The translations under genes were made by a program, and so were the position numbers. Shown here piece by piece: positions 1 through 14,590 of a stretch of 64,000 nucleotides of DNA (its first letter is position 1; each line of letters begins with the position of its first letter). Source of the DNA: Kondoa subrosea (Eukaryota). The notes under the pieces were generated by a model. It was not told the DNA's origin, did not search any database, and saw only the letters and a program-made list of their open reading frames with translations. The DNA lies in NCBI GenBank assembly GCA_039545335.1, contig BCIN01000010.1:124001-188000 (forward strand), written 5' to 3'.

Positions 1-524
1 GTGAGCCTAGTGAGGTGAATGAGCCCTCGGTATCCATTGATACTGCGAGCTTTGGTTCGCGAGGAAAGAGAGCCAATTTAGGAACCTGGGATCGAAGATC
101 TTATGCGGTACACTTGCCTGGATCTACAACATTGGATACATAACCCAAATTCGTACATGCATGAAAGGTAGAATCCTTCATGTTTCGCTTTTCGGAGGTC
201 TTTCGACTAGATTACGTAATCGCGCTTCCGACGATCTTGCTACTTCCTTGTCCCGGATCTTTGATGGAAGAGCGATAAGCTCAGATTGCAGCAGAAAGAG
301 GACAAGTGATAAGCATGCATTATCTCACACTTCTTCCCGGTAGAGTCAATGACAACAAGAAGCAGAATCACAACGAGAGATTGAATAAAAAGCACGCTCA
401 AACCAAGACAGAGGTTGCAAAAGCAGTACGAGCTCGGAAAACTGTTATTGGTTCATAGGTGACAGCACATGAATGTACATTTTCTGCACGGCATTCCATA
501 CATCTGACTTGAAATCCAATTGGA

Positions 525-1901
525 TCATTCCGGTCTTGTTCCATGATAAGCACTAGAGGAATGTTTCAGCTTGTGTCTGCAGGCGAACTTTACAACTTAC
601 TTAGTCAACAGTTTGAGCAACTTCTCTTTCTCGAGTGGCGCAGGATTAGGGTAAGGTGCTTTCGAAGCGATCTCAGCAGCTTTCTCCACATCTTCTTCCT
701 TGAAACCCAATTCCTTCAAGCTCGTAGGCGCTCCTAGGTTTTTGGCTAGATCAAACAAGCCTTGCGCAGCGTTGTCTACGTTCATTGCTCTGGCAACTCG
801 GGAGATAGCTTCTTTTGCATAAGGTGCGTTGTAAGCGACTGCGTGAGGTAGGATGACGGTATGCGTTTCCGCGTGAGGCATTCCGAATGAGCCGCCTGCA
901 GAGATGTAAGTAGAGAAAGACAAATGTGAGATTCAATGTTTACCTAGCGTGTGACATAACTTGTGATGTAGCGACATGCCAACTGCTCCTAGACAGGTTC
1001 CGCATGCCCAAGCGCCATATAGCTATACACACAATGTCAGCATAGTCACAACTCGATCAAACAAACGAACGAACAGCATCAGATCTGGCCTCTTTGTCGC
1101 TTGAATCCTTGTGTATAACAGGCAGCGATTTTGCAATAGCTCGAATACCGTCTTCAGCCAATGAGTTGATGATAGGATTTGATTCAGTGGAGTAAAGAGC
1201 CTCAACACTATGAGCAATCGCATTGCATCCACTAGTAATGGTCATCTTCGCTGGCAGAGTCATTGTAAGGTCGATATCGTAGATAATGACTTCCGGTAAG
1301 ACTTTATTTGTCTTCTGCGTAGTCTTTCCTCCCTCTTTACTTGTTTGACCAATGATGGGAGTAGCTTCAGATCCAGCATAAGTAGTAGGAATGACGATTT
1401 GAGGTAGGTCTGTTTGAAGAGCGATAGCTTTGCCTAGTCCGACTGTAGATGACTATCGTCAGCGAGTACTCATGTTGCGTAATTGAGGAAGGAACTTACT
1501 TGTTGAACCTCCGCCTATCGCTACAAGTACGTCTGCCTTAGTTTCCTTGACCACTTTGAGCGCATCTTCTGTTACATCGAAAGCTGAAGAAGATCGTGCA
1601 GATCATCAACAACACGATTGCGATGAGTATAGACAAACTCACGAGTATGCATAGTCGCATTCGTGTATAACCCGCAAGCAGTTTCACCCAATTGCTTCTG
1701 AACATCCTGCCCAATGTCTGCTTGTTGTGGTGTAGTCCTATTGAACGATCAGCATCCTCACATACTCCCGTTCCTTGAGGAGACGCACAGGACCAAAGCT
1801 GCTTTACATCCCAACTTCGTGATTTCCGCCGACAGCTGTTTAAGCGTTCCAGAGCCAAAGATGACTCTTGCAGGTAATGCGTTATAGACAAAAGGTTGCA
1901 T
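525..1901 (-). CDS. Maleylacetate reductase (iron-containing alcohol dehydrogenase family), multi-exon
   Basis: Spliced translation begins MQPFVYNALPARVIFGSGTL and contains GGGST..GLGKAIAL, IPTTYAGSE, SGCNAIAHSVEALYS, MSLHHKLCHTLGGSFGMPHAETHTVILPH; ends AYHGTRPE*. Confidence 0.88.
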
Positions 1902-2006
1902 GTTTTGAATCGTTGCGGTGCAAGAGGCCAGATCTAGCTCAGCACCTGAAGCTGACCGACGCGCATAAAAGATTAGCTAATTATCCTTAACCCCGCTCTA
2001 CCAGAT

Positions 2007-3046
2007 ATGGTACTAGTGCTAGGCGAAGAGCCAAATCTACCAAGACCGAACTTGTCTAGCTCGCTTAATGGGTCAAACGAAGATGCGCTCGAACGATTTA
2101 AGATTACAGAACTGATGATGGGTTTTCCATGTCATCGTGATGTGATTCATGTACTGTTGTATTGAGATGAATCGTCTCTGAGAAGACTGTAATAGGCTTG
2201 TGAATGGACTAAAATGCGACAGCTCTTCGCAGAGGAAGAAGCATACGTCTTTACGACTGTAAGGCTAGGTCGAGTTTATTGTAAAGACTTCCTGAACTCT
2301 CACACAGTGGTCAGGCGGAGTGCCGATAGACGAGTTCAGTCAGCTCTCCACTTCAGAGTGCTTCCTAATATTGATCTGATTGTTGTCCAAGTCAAGATAT
2401 CGGAAGCTGGATTCAAGAAGGGAGCAAGAAGTAAGCAGCATACGTACGGCGACTCTGAAGAAGAACTTATGGTTCTTTGAAGTCGCTCATCGGTGTAATG
2501 GTTCCACTGTCGATATCGCTACGAGCGGACACGCAGCTGGTAAACGGGCTCTGGGCAAACTAAAAGCCACGTAAGTATCGCCAGGCTACGAGATGATTGA
2601 TGACTCAACTGGCTAGACTAGCATCACGCAACGATTTATCATGAAGACTGCAGAAGGAGAAGATTGCGAAGTCGACGTCGATGCAGATTGTCGACTGTGT
2701 TTCTTTGTCGAGAATAATAATAACGCAGAATGGAAGACTCACTTCTTCAAGGGTTTCTATGAAAAAGATAAGATGACAGCGGTTGATCCGCGAAAGATTC
2801 CCGTAATAGACGATGAGAAGCTCAAATCATTCCCTGCTGGATACCGTGAGCTGTTCCCTTTGAGATGTATGAGCAATGCACTGATGTGGAACAGGATATC
2901 TTGCCTATGGGCAGAGCGCAACGCATAAGATTAAGCTTGATCTGCCACAATCAGAAGGAAAAGCACACGATGATTTTTACGACTCGTTCATATCATGGTT
3001 AGACGGAGAAAGTATAGACAAGATGAAGGAGAAGCTTGGAGTATAG
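2007..3046 (+). CDS. SnoaL/NTF2-like protein resembling Pep2 (pea pathogenicity protein 2) family
   Basis: Spliced translation includes HRCNGSTVDI..RALGKLKATITQRF, EVDVDADCRLCFF, FYEKDKM..VDP, FPAGYRYLAYGQ; divergent from maleylacetate reductase. Confidence 0.7.
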
Positions 3047-3090
3047 TTTAGATATCTTTGCATAAACGCTGCTTGGCCGTAAACACAAGA

Positions 3091-4160
3091 TCAAGCCTTA
3101 TTGATCTCCTTCTGAGCCTCCTTCAGATTTATATCAGCTTTGTGCGAAACAAGAGTAGAAGAAAGCTTCTTACTCCCTTGGTTTGCTGAGCCCTGCCCTG
3201 TTCTTGTTGAATTGAATCATTGGTTACTGCGCCTGTGACCGATTTCAAGTATCCCGAAGCCTGATCCATGGCTCCTTCTAAGTAGCCTAAGTGTACATAT
3301 ATCTAAGCTCAGCGCTCAGCTTGGGAACCTGAGCGCTTACCTTTGGTCTCTGCTTCTTTCTGTTCGGTGTTTCCTGCGGCACGTTGCTGAGAGCCTTCGG
3401 CAGCCATAGTATTCAATCCAAGAGTGTTACCGACAGTTTCCTTGACGGAGCCTAAGAGCGTGTTGCTCTGGGCATTGGCTTTGCTGGGATTGGTAGCATC
3501 GAATCCAGTTGGGCTGAAAGTATAATACGCGTCAGTCCTCGCAGACAAGTCAGTCTCAGAGAGATGTAGAAAGACTGACTTGGGAACAGATGGGTTAGGG
3601 TTGTTCTGGGCGAGATCAGGAATGGTCTCGAGGAAGCACAGCAGCAGAGCTTACAAGTTCCTGCTGAGCTTTGCCCTTCTCCGAATTGAGCTTGCCTTGT
3701 GCGTGTTGAGCATCATCCCCTGTCAAATTACCAACAACACGATCTTTGGCTCCGCTAATGCGATCCGCCGTCTGTTCAGGCATCCGATCAGCCAAATGCT
3801 ATGTTAAGCTCAAGCAGACGTACTCCTTCAGCGTAGCCTGTGTGTCCAGTGCTTTCAGCTCAACCATGCGCTTACTTGTGCAGTGAACTCACCTTGAGCT
3901 TGAGCAGCTTTGTATTCAGCATCACCTTCTTTCTGTTGCTGAGCGCCTTGAAGCCTGGATGAGCCACATTATACTGAAGAGACACTGAGCATACCCGAAT
4001 TGGCAAGGCTCTGGTTGCCTAGAGCATTTCCGACCTGCTGAGTGATTCCGCCGACAACCGAGTTGTAGCTGATTGGATAGCATGAGCGCTGGATCGCTAT
4101 GTAGATATTGCGAAGCTATACTCACTTTCCTGAAGCTTTGGAGGGTTCTGAGTTGGACAT
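3091..4160 (-). CDS. CsbD/Hmp1-like (LEA-type) stress protein with two tandem units
   Basis: Spliced: MSNSEPSKASGNYNSVVGGITQQVGNALG..AEYKAAQAQGYAEGTADRISGAKDRVVGNLTGD..KGKAQQEL, a linker, then PSKANAQSNTLLGSVKETVGNTLG..KGEAQKEINKA*. Confidence 0.7.
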
Positions 4161-4258
4161 GATTGCTGCGAGAAGAGATGATGGTCACGAGAATTCAAAT
4201 TAGGTCACAGCATGAACAGGCATGAACGCCAAACAAAAGGCAGAAGATGCGTTCTTAA

Positions 4259-6273
<2,015 letters not shown>

Positions 6274-6333
6274 TGTTACAAGACAAGACAAGAAAATGTA
6301 ATGCATGAAAATGAAGCATGGTGATGATGTGGT

Positions 6334-7521
6334 TTAAGCCAATCTCTTCCCTCCCTTGGCTACGTTTTCTACTGACTCGATGAATCGAGAACCAGAGATA
6401 TCATCTTCCGAACCAAAGAGGGATTGTTCTGCTTTAGCGATGTTGCTCGAGAAGGCTTTCTTCAGCTCAACTGATTGGTCAACGCTAGCCATACTTATCG
6501 TTTCTTCAGGTCCAATCAACTTGCTTTCGAAGGATGTGATGTAGTCTCGAAGCGTCTCTTGCAATTTAGCTGGAGGGGTCTTCAAGTTGTCTGTGGCATG
6601 TTAGGCAAAGCATACAATCAGAAGGAAAGAAAACTCACTTATGCAGAAAGCATGACCCTTTCTTCTTTCATCGTCTAAAATCTTGCGGACTGCCTCAATT
6701 TGCTGAACTGCAGTGATGTATAGTTGAAGACCCAATTTTGCATTAGCCAATTTAAGAGTGGTGAAGCGATCTTGCTGCAATATCAGTATGAATATGTTAT
6801 GTACAAGAAGGAGAACTCACTCAACATATTGATGATGCCTTCGCAAACGGCGGCTGCTAGGTGAAACAGATCGCTCAATAGCAAAATCAACGCAGATTGA
6901 ACCACTTCATCATCTTCTTCTTCATCGAAACCATTGAGGCAATCCGTGAGAGCAGACATCATATCCACCAACTGGGCAAATTCCCTCAATAATCCTCCTG
7001 AGACATCTAACTTGGCCATTCTATTAGCTTCATTCCGAGCTGACAAACGACGACCATTAGCTATATCAGCCTTGGCTTTGATGATATCGTGATTCCCATT
7101 CGTAGCGTAGCTAGAGATTCTCAGATCCTTTGTTCCCTCATCAGCGATGTTTACGCAAAGGAGGGAGAAGATAACATACAAGATATTTCGCATACCTGAC
7201 TAGAGTACTAGTCAAACGAGATTGTCGATGAACAGTCCTCATGTTCAAATAAGAAGTATTGGCGAAATTCCTGAGAACGGAATTATCGTCTGACCCATGC
7301 GAGAGTGACCAATGAACCATTATAAGCGCTTTATTAACCACAGTTGGATTAGCGTCATGCAATTTCAGCTGTAAGGCACGGGAGACCAGACCGACAGATA
7401 AAAGATTGTCAGAGAGGGCCGAAGTTATTGGTTGCAGATACTTGATCTTGGGCGCAGCTCGTTTGGGCTTGCAAGCTCCTTCGACTAGAGAGCCATACTT
7501 GTCTTTCTTTGAGAAATGCAT
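6334..7521 (-). CDS. ANTH-domain (AP180/Yap180-like) protein, short
   Basis: GACKPKRAAPKIKY, VVNKALIMVH, RYAKYL, LLLSDLFHL..EGIINML match ANTH helices; start codon uncertain. Confidence 0.7.
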
Positions 7522-7888
7522 TCGGAAAGTAATGAAGCAAGAGAGAAAAACAGGAAGCTTCGACGTAGCTATGATAAGAGACAAAGGGAAACAAAGCTAG
7601 AGCTAATCAAACGAGAGGACTACAGCAAGAATAGGAGGAGAAGATAAGGCGACAGAGGCAGAGTCGAGAACAGAAAGATGACACTAGACTATGGACAAGG
7701 AATCTTGAAAGCGAAACCCAATTGGCTGAATCTCAATTTGGCTGAATCTCGGTGGCATACCGGCTGAGCACAAAGAAGACTAGCAGCTGAACTCAGCGAG
7801 CAACAAATTACAGCGCATGTTGGCCGATTCTGTCCAAGTCTCGAGGTTGCGCGTCACCTTTGCGCTTCTTGCTCAAAGACTGCCAATC

Positions 7889-9289
7889 ATGTCAGACGAG
7901 ACTGTTCTACCTATCCCTAATCTCAAGCTTACTCAATTAGCATGGGTTTTATCGCAACCTTCACTCTCATCCCTGCATTCAGCAACTTTACCTGAACTCG
8001 TTAAAGGGATCAAAAGCGATTCAACAGGGCCTTTCCTCTCTTCTTTACTCTCATCAGGTGTAGTTCAAGCATCAAGCGAAGTGGAGGGACAATCACTAGG
8101 AGCTCTGGCTGAGGAACTCAAGTCTAAGAATGAGGAACAATTGAAAGTGCTCGAGGACAAGATTGCGGATGCGAAAGAGAACTTGGGGGAGACTGAAGTC
8201 AGTGAGACTTTGAAAGCGAAGGCGACTTATCTGGCCCAAATAGGCGAGAAAGTGAGTCTTCAAATTGTTGATAGGTCGTGACATGAATATTCAACTGGAT
8301 TGGAACAGGACAAAGCGCTCGAAGCGTATAGATTGACGGTTAGCAAGACAGCTGGTCTGGCGAGCAAGATCGATCTACAATTGTCCATCATTCGAGTAGC
8401 TTTCTTTCACTCGGATCCAAGATTAGCTGCTGCAGAAATCGCGAAATGCAAAGAACTAGCAGAATCAGGCGGTGATTGGGATCGAAGGAATAGACTGAAA
8501 GTCTACGAAGGTCTACATTTACTCAGTGTGAGGGATTTCAAAACTGGAGGTGCTTTACTGCTCGACACTCTTTCCACTTTCACTGCAACGGAATGCATCG
8601 ACTTTGTGGACTTTGTTGCACTATGTATCATTGCTGGGGTTCTTACACTGAGCAGGAAAGATCTAAAGAAGAAGGTGAGTCCTAGTTCTTGTGTGCTCAA
8701 CTAGGTTTTGACGGTGTATTTGACAGATCATCGAATCGCCTGAAGTACTACAAAGTTTACCCGAATTACCGCACTTCAAGAACTTTACTACGTCGCTGTA
8801 CAGCTGCGAGTATGCCAAATTCTTCCAGTCATTAGGTCAGTGACAGAATTGGGTCTTAGTCTTTCTTAGACTTGACAACATTCTCTAAACTGACAGCCGA
8901 AGTGGAAGAACATCATCTATCAACCTCTCATCTTCTAGCGCAACACAGTCGATATTATGTCCGAGAAATGCGTATTAAGGCTTATGCTCAACTTTTGGAA
9001 TCCTATCGATCAGTCACTATGACTTCTCTGTCTACTGCGTTTGGCGTATCGGAAGCATGGCTGGATGCGTGAGTCGTTCTTCTCCGAACATTGTGGCCAT
9101 GTCTCACGATTGACTAGGGATCTGGCTAAATTCATCGCTCAAGGAAGATTGAACTTCACGATCGATAAAGTGAATGGGATCGTTGAAACCTCAAGACCGG
9201 ATCTCAAGAATGCACGATACGAAGCAGTGATCAAGAGTAGCGATGCTTTGTTGAATTCGATTCAAAGGTTATCAAGAGTTGTCGGTTAA
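7889..9289 (+). CDS. RPN7: 26S proteasome regulatory subunit Rpn7
   Basis: GGDWDRRNRLKVYEG, LLLDTLSTFTATE, RYYVREMRIKAYAQLLESYRSV, IDKVNGIVETSRPD. Confidence 0.97.
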
Positions 9290-9577
9290 GCTGCGGAGTA
9301 GATGCCATAGGCTTGTTCTGCTATACAATGATGATTCCTAGGCAGATCGATTCGAAAGCAGCTTGTTGTGAAGTTTGAGCTAATAATAACAAATGGGGCG
9401 TAGTCGAAGCGCGTTTCTAAATTCTGAACGGACTCTTTGTCCTCTTCTTCCCATCGCGACGACCTTTACCAAAAGCCTCGTCCCCTCTTATCTCTCTTCA
9501 GTCTTAAGTATATAACGAACCCTTCTCAATTCTAGCAAATAACACCCTCCCACTCTTTATTCCATATACAACAAACA

Positions 9578-11606
9578 ATGGCAAAATCATTTCTAGGCGC
9601 CTCGGCCTTCCTCTTCCTTTCGTCTCAAGCTCAGGTCTACACTGCTTCAGTTATCACCGGTACTGGAACCGCTGCACCAGCTTTGGCCACTTACACTGTC
9701 ACTCAGGATACTGGAGCTGATGGTGAGCCACATGATAGTGACTGTTCGAAGGGGATCGTGCTCACACTTCTATCGCCCAACAGTTCCTCTATTCAGTATG
9801 TTATGGACCGCTTCAATGATAGTCGACTTGATTGCTCATTCTCTTGCACCCTTTTTTTGCGCAGAAAAGAACTTCGATTACCCGTACGTGCATCTAATTG
9901 TGCTTCCGGACCAATACCCATAGCCATGCAGTGATCTACCTTACCAGGCCGATTCTGGAGGAGGACCTCGAGGAGTCATGCAGGTAAGGCTCTCGCTTTC
10001 GTCTAGCTTGCTCTTCTGACGTTTCACGCTCAGGGCTACAATATTTGCAATGCTACGACGCAGGGAGAGTATGTCGCGGAACAGCGAAATTTCGGACATC
10101 ACTAATATCTGATTTTTTAGCTCTGCCATGTGCGCGACTTCATTCTTGAACTCTGTAGACGAGTAGGTCTTCTAGTAGTGTCACCAGCTATCGCTGACAC
10201 AGTTCGACAGTTTCTGCATTTGGGGTTTGTCACACGACCCAATCTCTTAGACATTCAACTAATTTTCTGCATCAGGCGCACCCGGTCTAGCAACAGACCC
10301 ACTCGAAGTGGTAGCCGATATCGAAGGCGAGATGGTTGCATACTGCACTACACCTCGATATGGTGCAAGAGTTATCCCAGCTGGAGCCATTACCGGTCTT
10401 CAGTTGTAAGTTCTTCCTGCGATCTATGTCTCTTCTGTGCTGATATATCTGTGTAGCATCAAGACTCCTGATTACGTTGAACTCATTGGAGCCATCGACC
10501 AAACTGCAATTCACTTGCAAGCAAACGACACTGGAGGAGAAGAAGGTATGTTCTGGCTCCTTCTTTCCCCCGAGTACAGTGCTCATACTGCATCCTGTAG
10601 ACCCTCACGGAGCTGTATGCCATCTTTAGCAAGTACTGTTCTTTTGCTGAAATGGTGACAGGACATGCGTGGTAACCCACTTGGATCTCTCTTTTACACT
10701 ACAGCTTTCGGCCCTGGTCCTCAATCAGAATTCAAGCAAGCTCATGAATGGCACTACGTGAGTTCACGAATGGAGGCCAAATGTATTACATTTTTCTCAT
10801 CTGCTCGAGACGACAGTTTGTTGGCGGTGGAATCTTCTGCCTGAAGGTCTGCGACCCCGACTCTGCTCAAGGACCTGAGCTTTGCCAGCACATGTAAGTT
10901 TTTTGTTGCCCACCGCAAAGTGTTTTGGCTTACAAGGTTGGGACAGCTACGATCGCATAGGCTGTGCTTACAACGCTCCTGCTGATTACGCTTCACTCAA
11001 TGGTACCTTCTCGTCATGGTGGGCTTATCATTACTGCGTTCGCGATATCAACTAATATTTTTTCGATGCTAGCGCTGGAGACAACCAACTTCCGTATGCC
11101 CAAAGCCTCTCGGATAGATTTGTCTGATAGCTCACGTCAACTCTAGCCCGGGTGTCTACGTCCAAGGTGGTCAGACCATGAGTGAGTCTATTAATTACTT
11201 GTCAGGAATTATCTTATGTCTTCTTTCTAGCCTACTCTCAACGTGAGTCGACAGCTCCCGCTCAGACCGAGACTGACCAATTCATGAAATAGCACCGGAA
11301 AGCTTGGGACCAATTACCAGCATTCCCTACACTGCCGCGATCCCAGCTACTTCTCAATGCAGCACTTTCAGCTCGGCAGCTCTTTTCACTGAACTCAAGA
11401 CTGCCTCAACCTCAGCATCTTCCTCGATGATGACTTCTGCTGCTTCCGCATCCGCAGCTTCTGGTGCATCAGCTGCTACAAACAAGGCTCAAGCTGCCAA
11501 AGCTTCCGCTTCAACCAACTCGAACACCAGCTCAGCAACTCGTGGTGTTTTCGCAAGCGGTGCTGCAGTTTTCGCTGGTCTAGTTGGTCTGCTAGTATTG
11601 GCCTAA
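9578..11606 (+). CDS. Secreted, probably GPI-anchored mannoprotein of the MP88/macrophage-activating glycoprotein family
   Basis: Signal peptide; GYNICNAT, VAYCTTPRYGARVIPAGAITGLQF, TPDYV, DTGGEEDPHGADMRGNPLG; Ser/Ala-rich tail and hydrophobic C-terminus. Confidence 0.8.
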
Positions 11607-11829
11607 AGATGAAGAGTGAGGAGGAGGAAAACAGCATTTTAGGCATAGGCTATCGCGCACACTTTAATGATACGGACATTTCTTCATAACCTCGTGGAAA
11701 ATCGCATATACTTCGCATTGCTTCATTATTAGGATTCAAATATTTGCAATACGTTTACATTTGCTAATCCATTGAATTGTCGATACAGAAAGACCCTTCT
11801 TCCCATTCAGCGATCATTACGCATGAAAG

Positions 11830-12770
11830 ATGCCAGACTCTGGACCTGATAGATTAACGAGAGGAGGAGCAGCGGAAGTGTGTTATATTTCCGTGCAGCC
11901 AGTATATCGTTCGCGGAGCTGATTGTGATTGTTAAAGTTCAAATGGACGGATGTCGCTGCTGTTCGTCTTTCAATTTTAATCTTTGAGCTATGCTGATCT
12001 CAACTGCACAGGACAAAGATAGAGAGAATTACCTAGGACACTCAATAAACGTTCGTTAGACTTACAGATCAATCCAGATTATTAAGTATCTGACTTGTTG
12101 TTGGTCGATGTGCAGGCTCCAGTAGGACGATGGCAGAAGAACAAAGATATTCATTGGTACCAGAAAGCCAACCGGACAGATGAAGAGCAGCGTTTATATG
12201 AGATTAAGAAGGTCAAACAGGCTGAAGAGGATGCCCTTTCATTAGCTTTGTGAGTTACTTCTCTCACATCCGCTGTGTTTTCTTTCGTTCTTCTTGGCCA
12301 TGAGCGGAAGGCTCTCTGTCTTCTGAACGTCGGACTTGGGGAGTCATGATCACTTTCTGATTGATTTGCGATTTGACAGAGGATTCGTGCCTACCCCTCG
12401 AGAACCTACACCACCTCCACCAACAGTAGAAGAACAAGAAGCGATCCTACAAGCACAAATCCAAGCGAAAGCGGAAAAGAAAGCTTTAAAGGCATTGGAG
12501 AAGGAAGAGAAACGGAAAGCTAAAGAAGAGAGGAGAGCTGCTAAAGAACTGAAGAGGGCTACTAAAAGTAGTAAGAGGGAGGATAGGTCCAGATCCAGAG
12601 ATCGATCAAGGGAAAGAGATCCGAGATCAAGAGATAGATCGAGGGACAGACGAAGGGATGTGGATGAAAGAGACGAGAGGAGCAGTAGGAGGGAGAGGGA
12701 AGATTCATACGATCGAAGAGGCAGCAGAAGGAGTAGAAGCAGATCTCCGCCGAGACGCTATCGAGATTGA
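11830..12770 (+). CDS. MMTAG2/C1orf35-like protein with RS/RD-rich tail
   Basis: Spliced [42 protein letters not shown]; C-terminal RSRSRDRSR repeats. Confidence 0.85.
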
Positions 12771-12853
12771 AATTCCCAAATAAATTAGTCCTTGTATTGC
12801 ACATTTGTAACATCAATCATGACCAGCATGGAAGTTTCTTCCGCCCTTATTAT

Positions 12854-14223
12854 TCAATCGATATCTATCACTATATCATCTTCTTCCGATACGTCGGCTA
12901 GATTTCGCCTGAATGTTGCCAGACTAACATCGGACTGCTTTACCTATCAGCTGGATCGATCGGAACATAGAGCATCAACTCACTTCATACGATATAGACA
13001 AGCCCTGAGGTGTCGCAAAACTGAGACTTGTAGGTGTTCCTTCACTCGCTCTTCTGCCGTTGAAAAGTGGTCGCCAAGGAATTATTCTGGATGTGTTGTT
13101 ATCACTGGGCGACATACTTCTAGGCGAATTTGTACTAGGACTTGCGTATTTGTACTTTAAAGTAGGCGTCGTTGCCCATTCCATCGGTTGAACAGCTGGT
13201 GAAACTTTGGACATCCATTGAGTACCGTTTGTTGCATTCTTTGGCGCTGAAGATTTATTGCGAGAGCTGCTGTTAAGCGAGAAGCAGAGAGAGGTGACAG
13301 CAGCGTCGATGGAACAAGCAGTCAGAATAAGCCAAGCGGGTTGAGTGTGGAGGATAAGAGAAGAGAGGATGGTTCCTGTCGAAATAGAGAGAGTGAGGGT
13401 GGAACAGAGGATGGACTGAAAAGCGTGTATTCTTAAAGGCGAGTTGGAGAACTTTGTGCGTAGTAGAGGTAAGACGAAAGCCGCGCACATATAGGTATTG
13501 CAAGCTATAAACCAGACCAGAGTGGAGATAGCTATCACACTCGTTAGGCACAGCTTGAGACATAGTCAAAGCAAACACTCACTCGCCCAATGCTCGAACC
13601 CGATCTCACAGTACTCGTCTTGACAATGTATACTTCGTGATTTGACCATACACCCCAGCATAGGCAGTCCAAGTAGCATAAGAGCAGCTCCGCCAATCCA
13701 TGCCTTGGTGTGTCGTCTCTTTTCCGTTTTCCGCGAAACAAAGATGCGTTCCAGGAGAAAAAGCAGTGAGAATGCCTATTCGTGTCATCTTAGTGCTGAT
13801 CTAGCTATGTTGAGAGAAATAGACATGCCTTGGTGAGAGCAAACAGAGAGAAGACGGTGACAATAGCCCAACCGCACCTCTTCACGACAGATCAGCCATT
13901 TGCACAAAATAGCGGTAAAGCAGGACTTACCCTGACTGTGTTAAGAGTCGGACCAAACTGCAGAAATCCGGATATAGCAACGAACAGCCAGCTAGAACGA
14001 GGTTTGTTGAGCATAGTCACGGCCGGGAAAAGGGCAGAGCCTACGCGAATATGAAAGAAAAGAGCAGCTCAATTTGACACAGCTTCAACCAATTCCAGCT
14101 ATCTTGCCTAAACAGATCCCTTAATTGCCTTGTACGCGATCCCAATACTCCAGAAGTACTAGCGAAAGATAGAATGAACAAGCAGAAATCCACGGATCGA
14201 ATTGTAGGTGTAATCTTGAGCAT
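12854..14223 (-). CDS. Orphan seven-transmembrane, GPCR-like membrane protein
   Basis: Spliced translation has ~7 hydrophobic segments, RCGWAI..LTKAFSLLFLLERIFV, loop YCEIGF and a Ser-rich cytoplasmic tail; the model needs one GC-AG intron. Confidence 0.6.
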
Positions 14224-14590
14224 TCTCTCAGATGTGAATGTAGTAGAGTTGAGAGACCAGTCCTTCGCGTATCATCTACACGACACGCTTTTACTCTGTT
14301 GGAAGATTAAGGGAAACGGGATTTTCGCTCTCGTGCTATGATTTGGCATCCACATAGGCCGATCGAGGTCCCGAAATGCAGGACAGGGCCGTGAATTTAA
14401 GCATCCGCTCTGGAAACATAGAGTGGATTTGCATCAGGGCAAGGTCTAGAAACGGAGCCTTCGACGGAAAAGGCGATTTTGCGGTCTTTGTTTCTTGAAG
14501 TGTTCCAGCAATGGTCTTGGTTTTGATTGGATAATAGTAAGTAGAAGTAGAGACATGGCGGTAAAGAAGCCACATCGAAGACATGTAAGG

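Noticed and set aside
1..480. Possible 5' end of a gene running off the left edge
   Set aside because: No recognisable reading frame within the window.
12250..12380. Longer-than-usual intron in the MMTAG2-like gene as a possible snoRNA host
   Set aside because: No convincing RUGAUGA C box or H/ACA structure.
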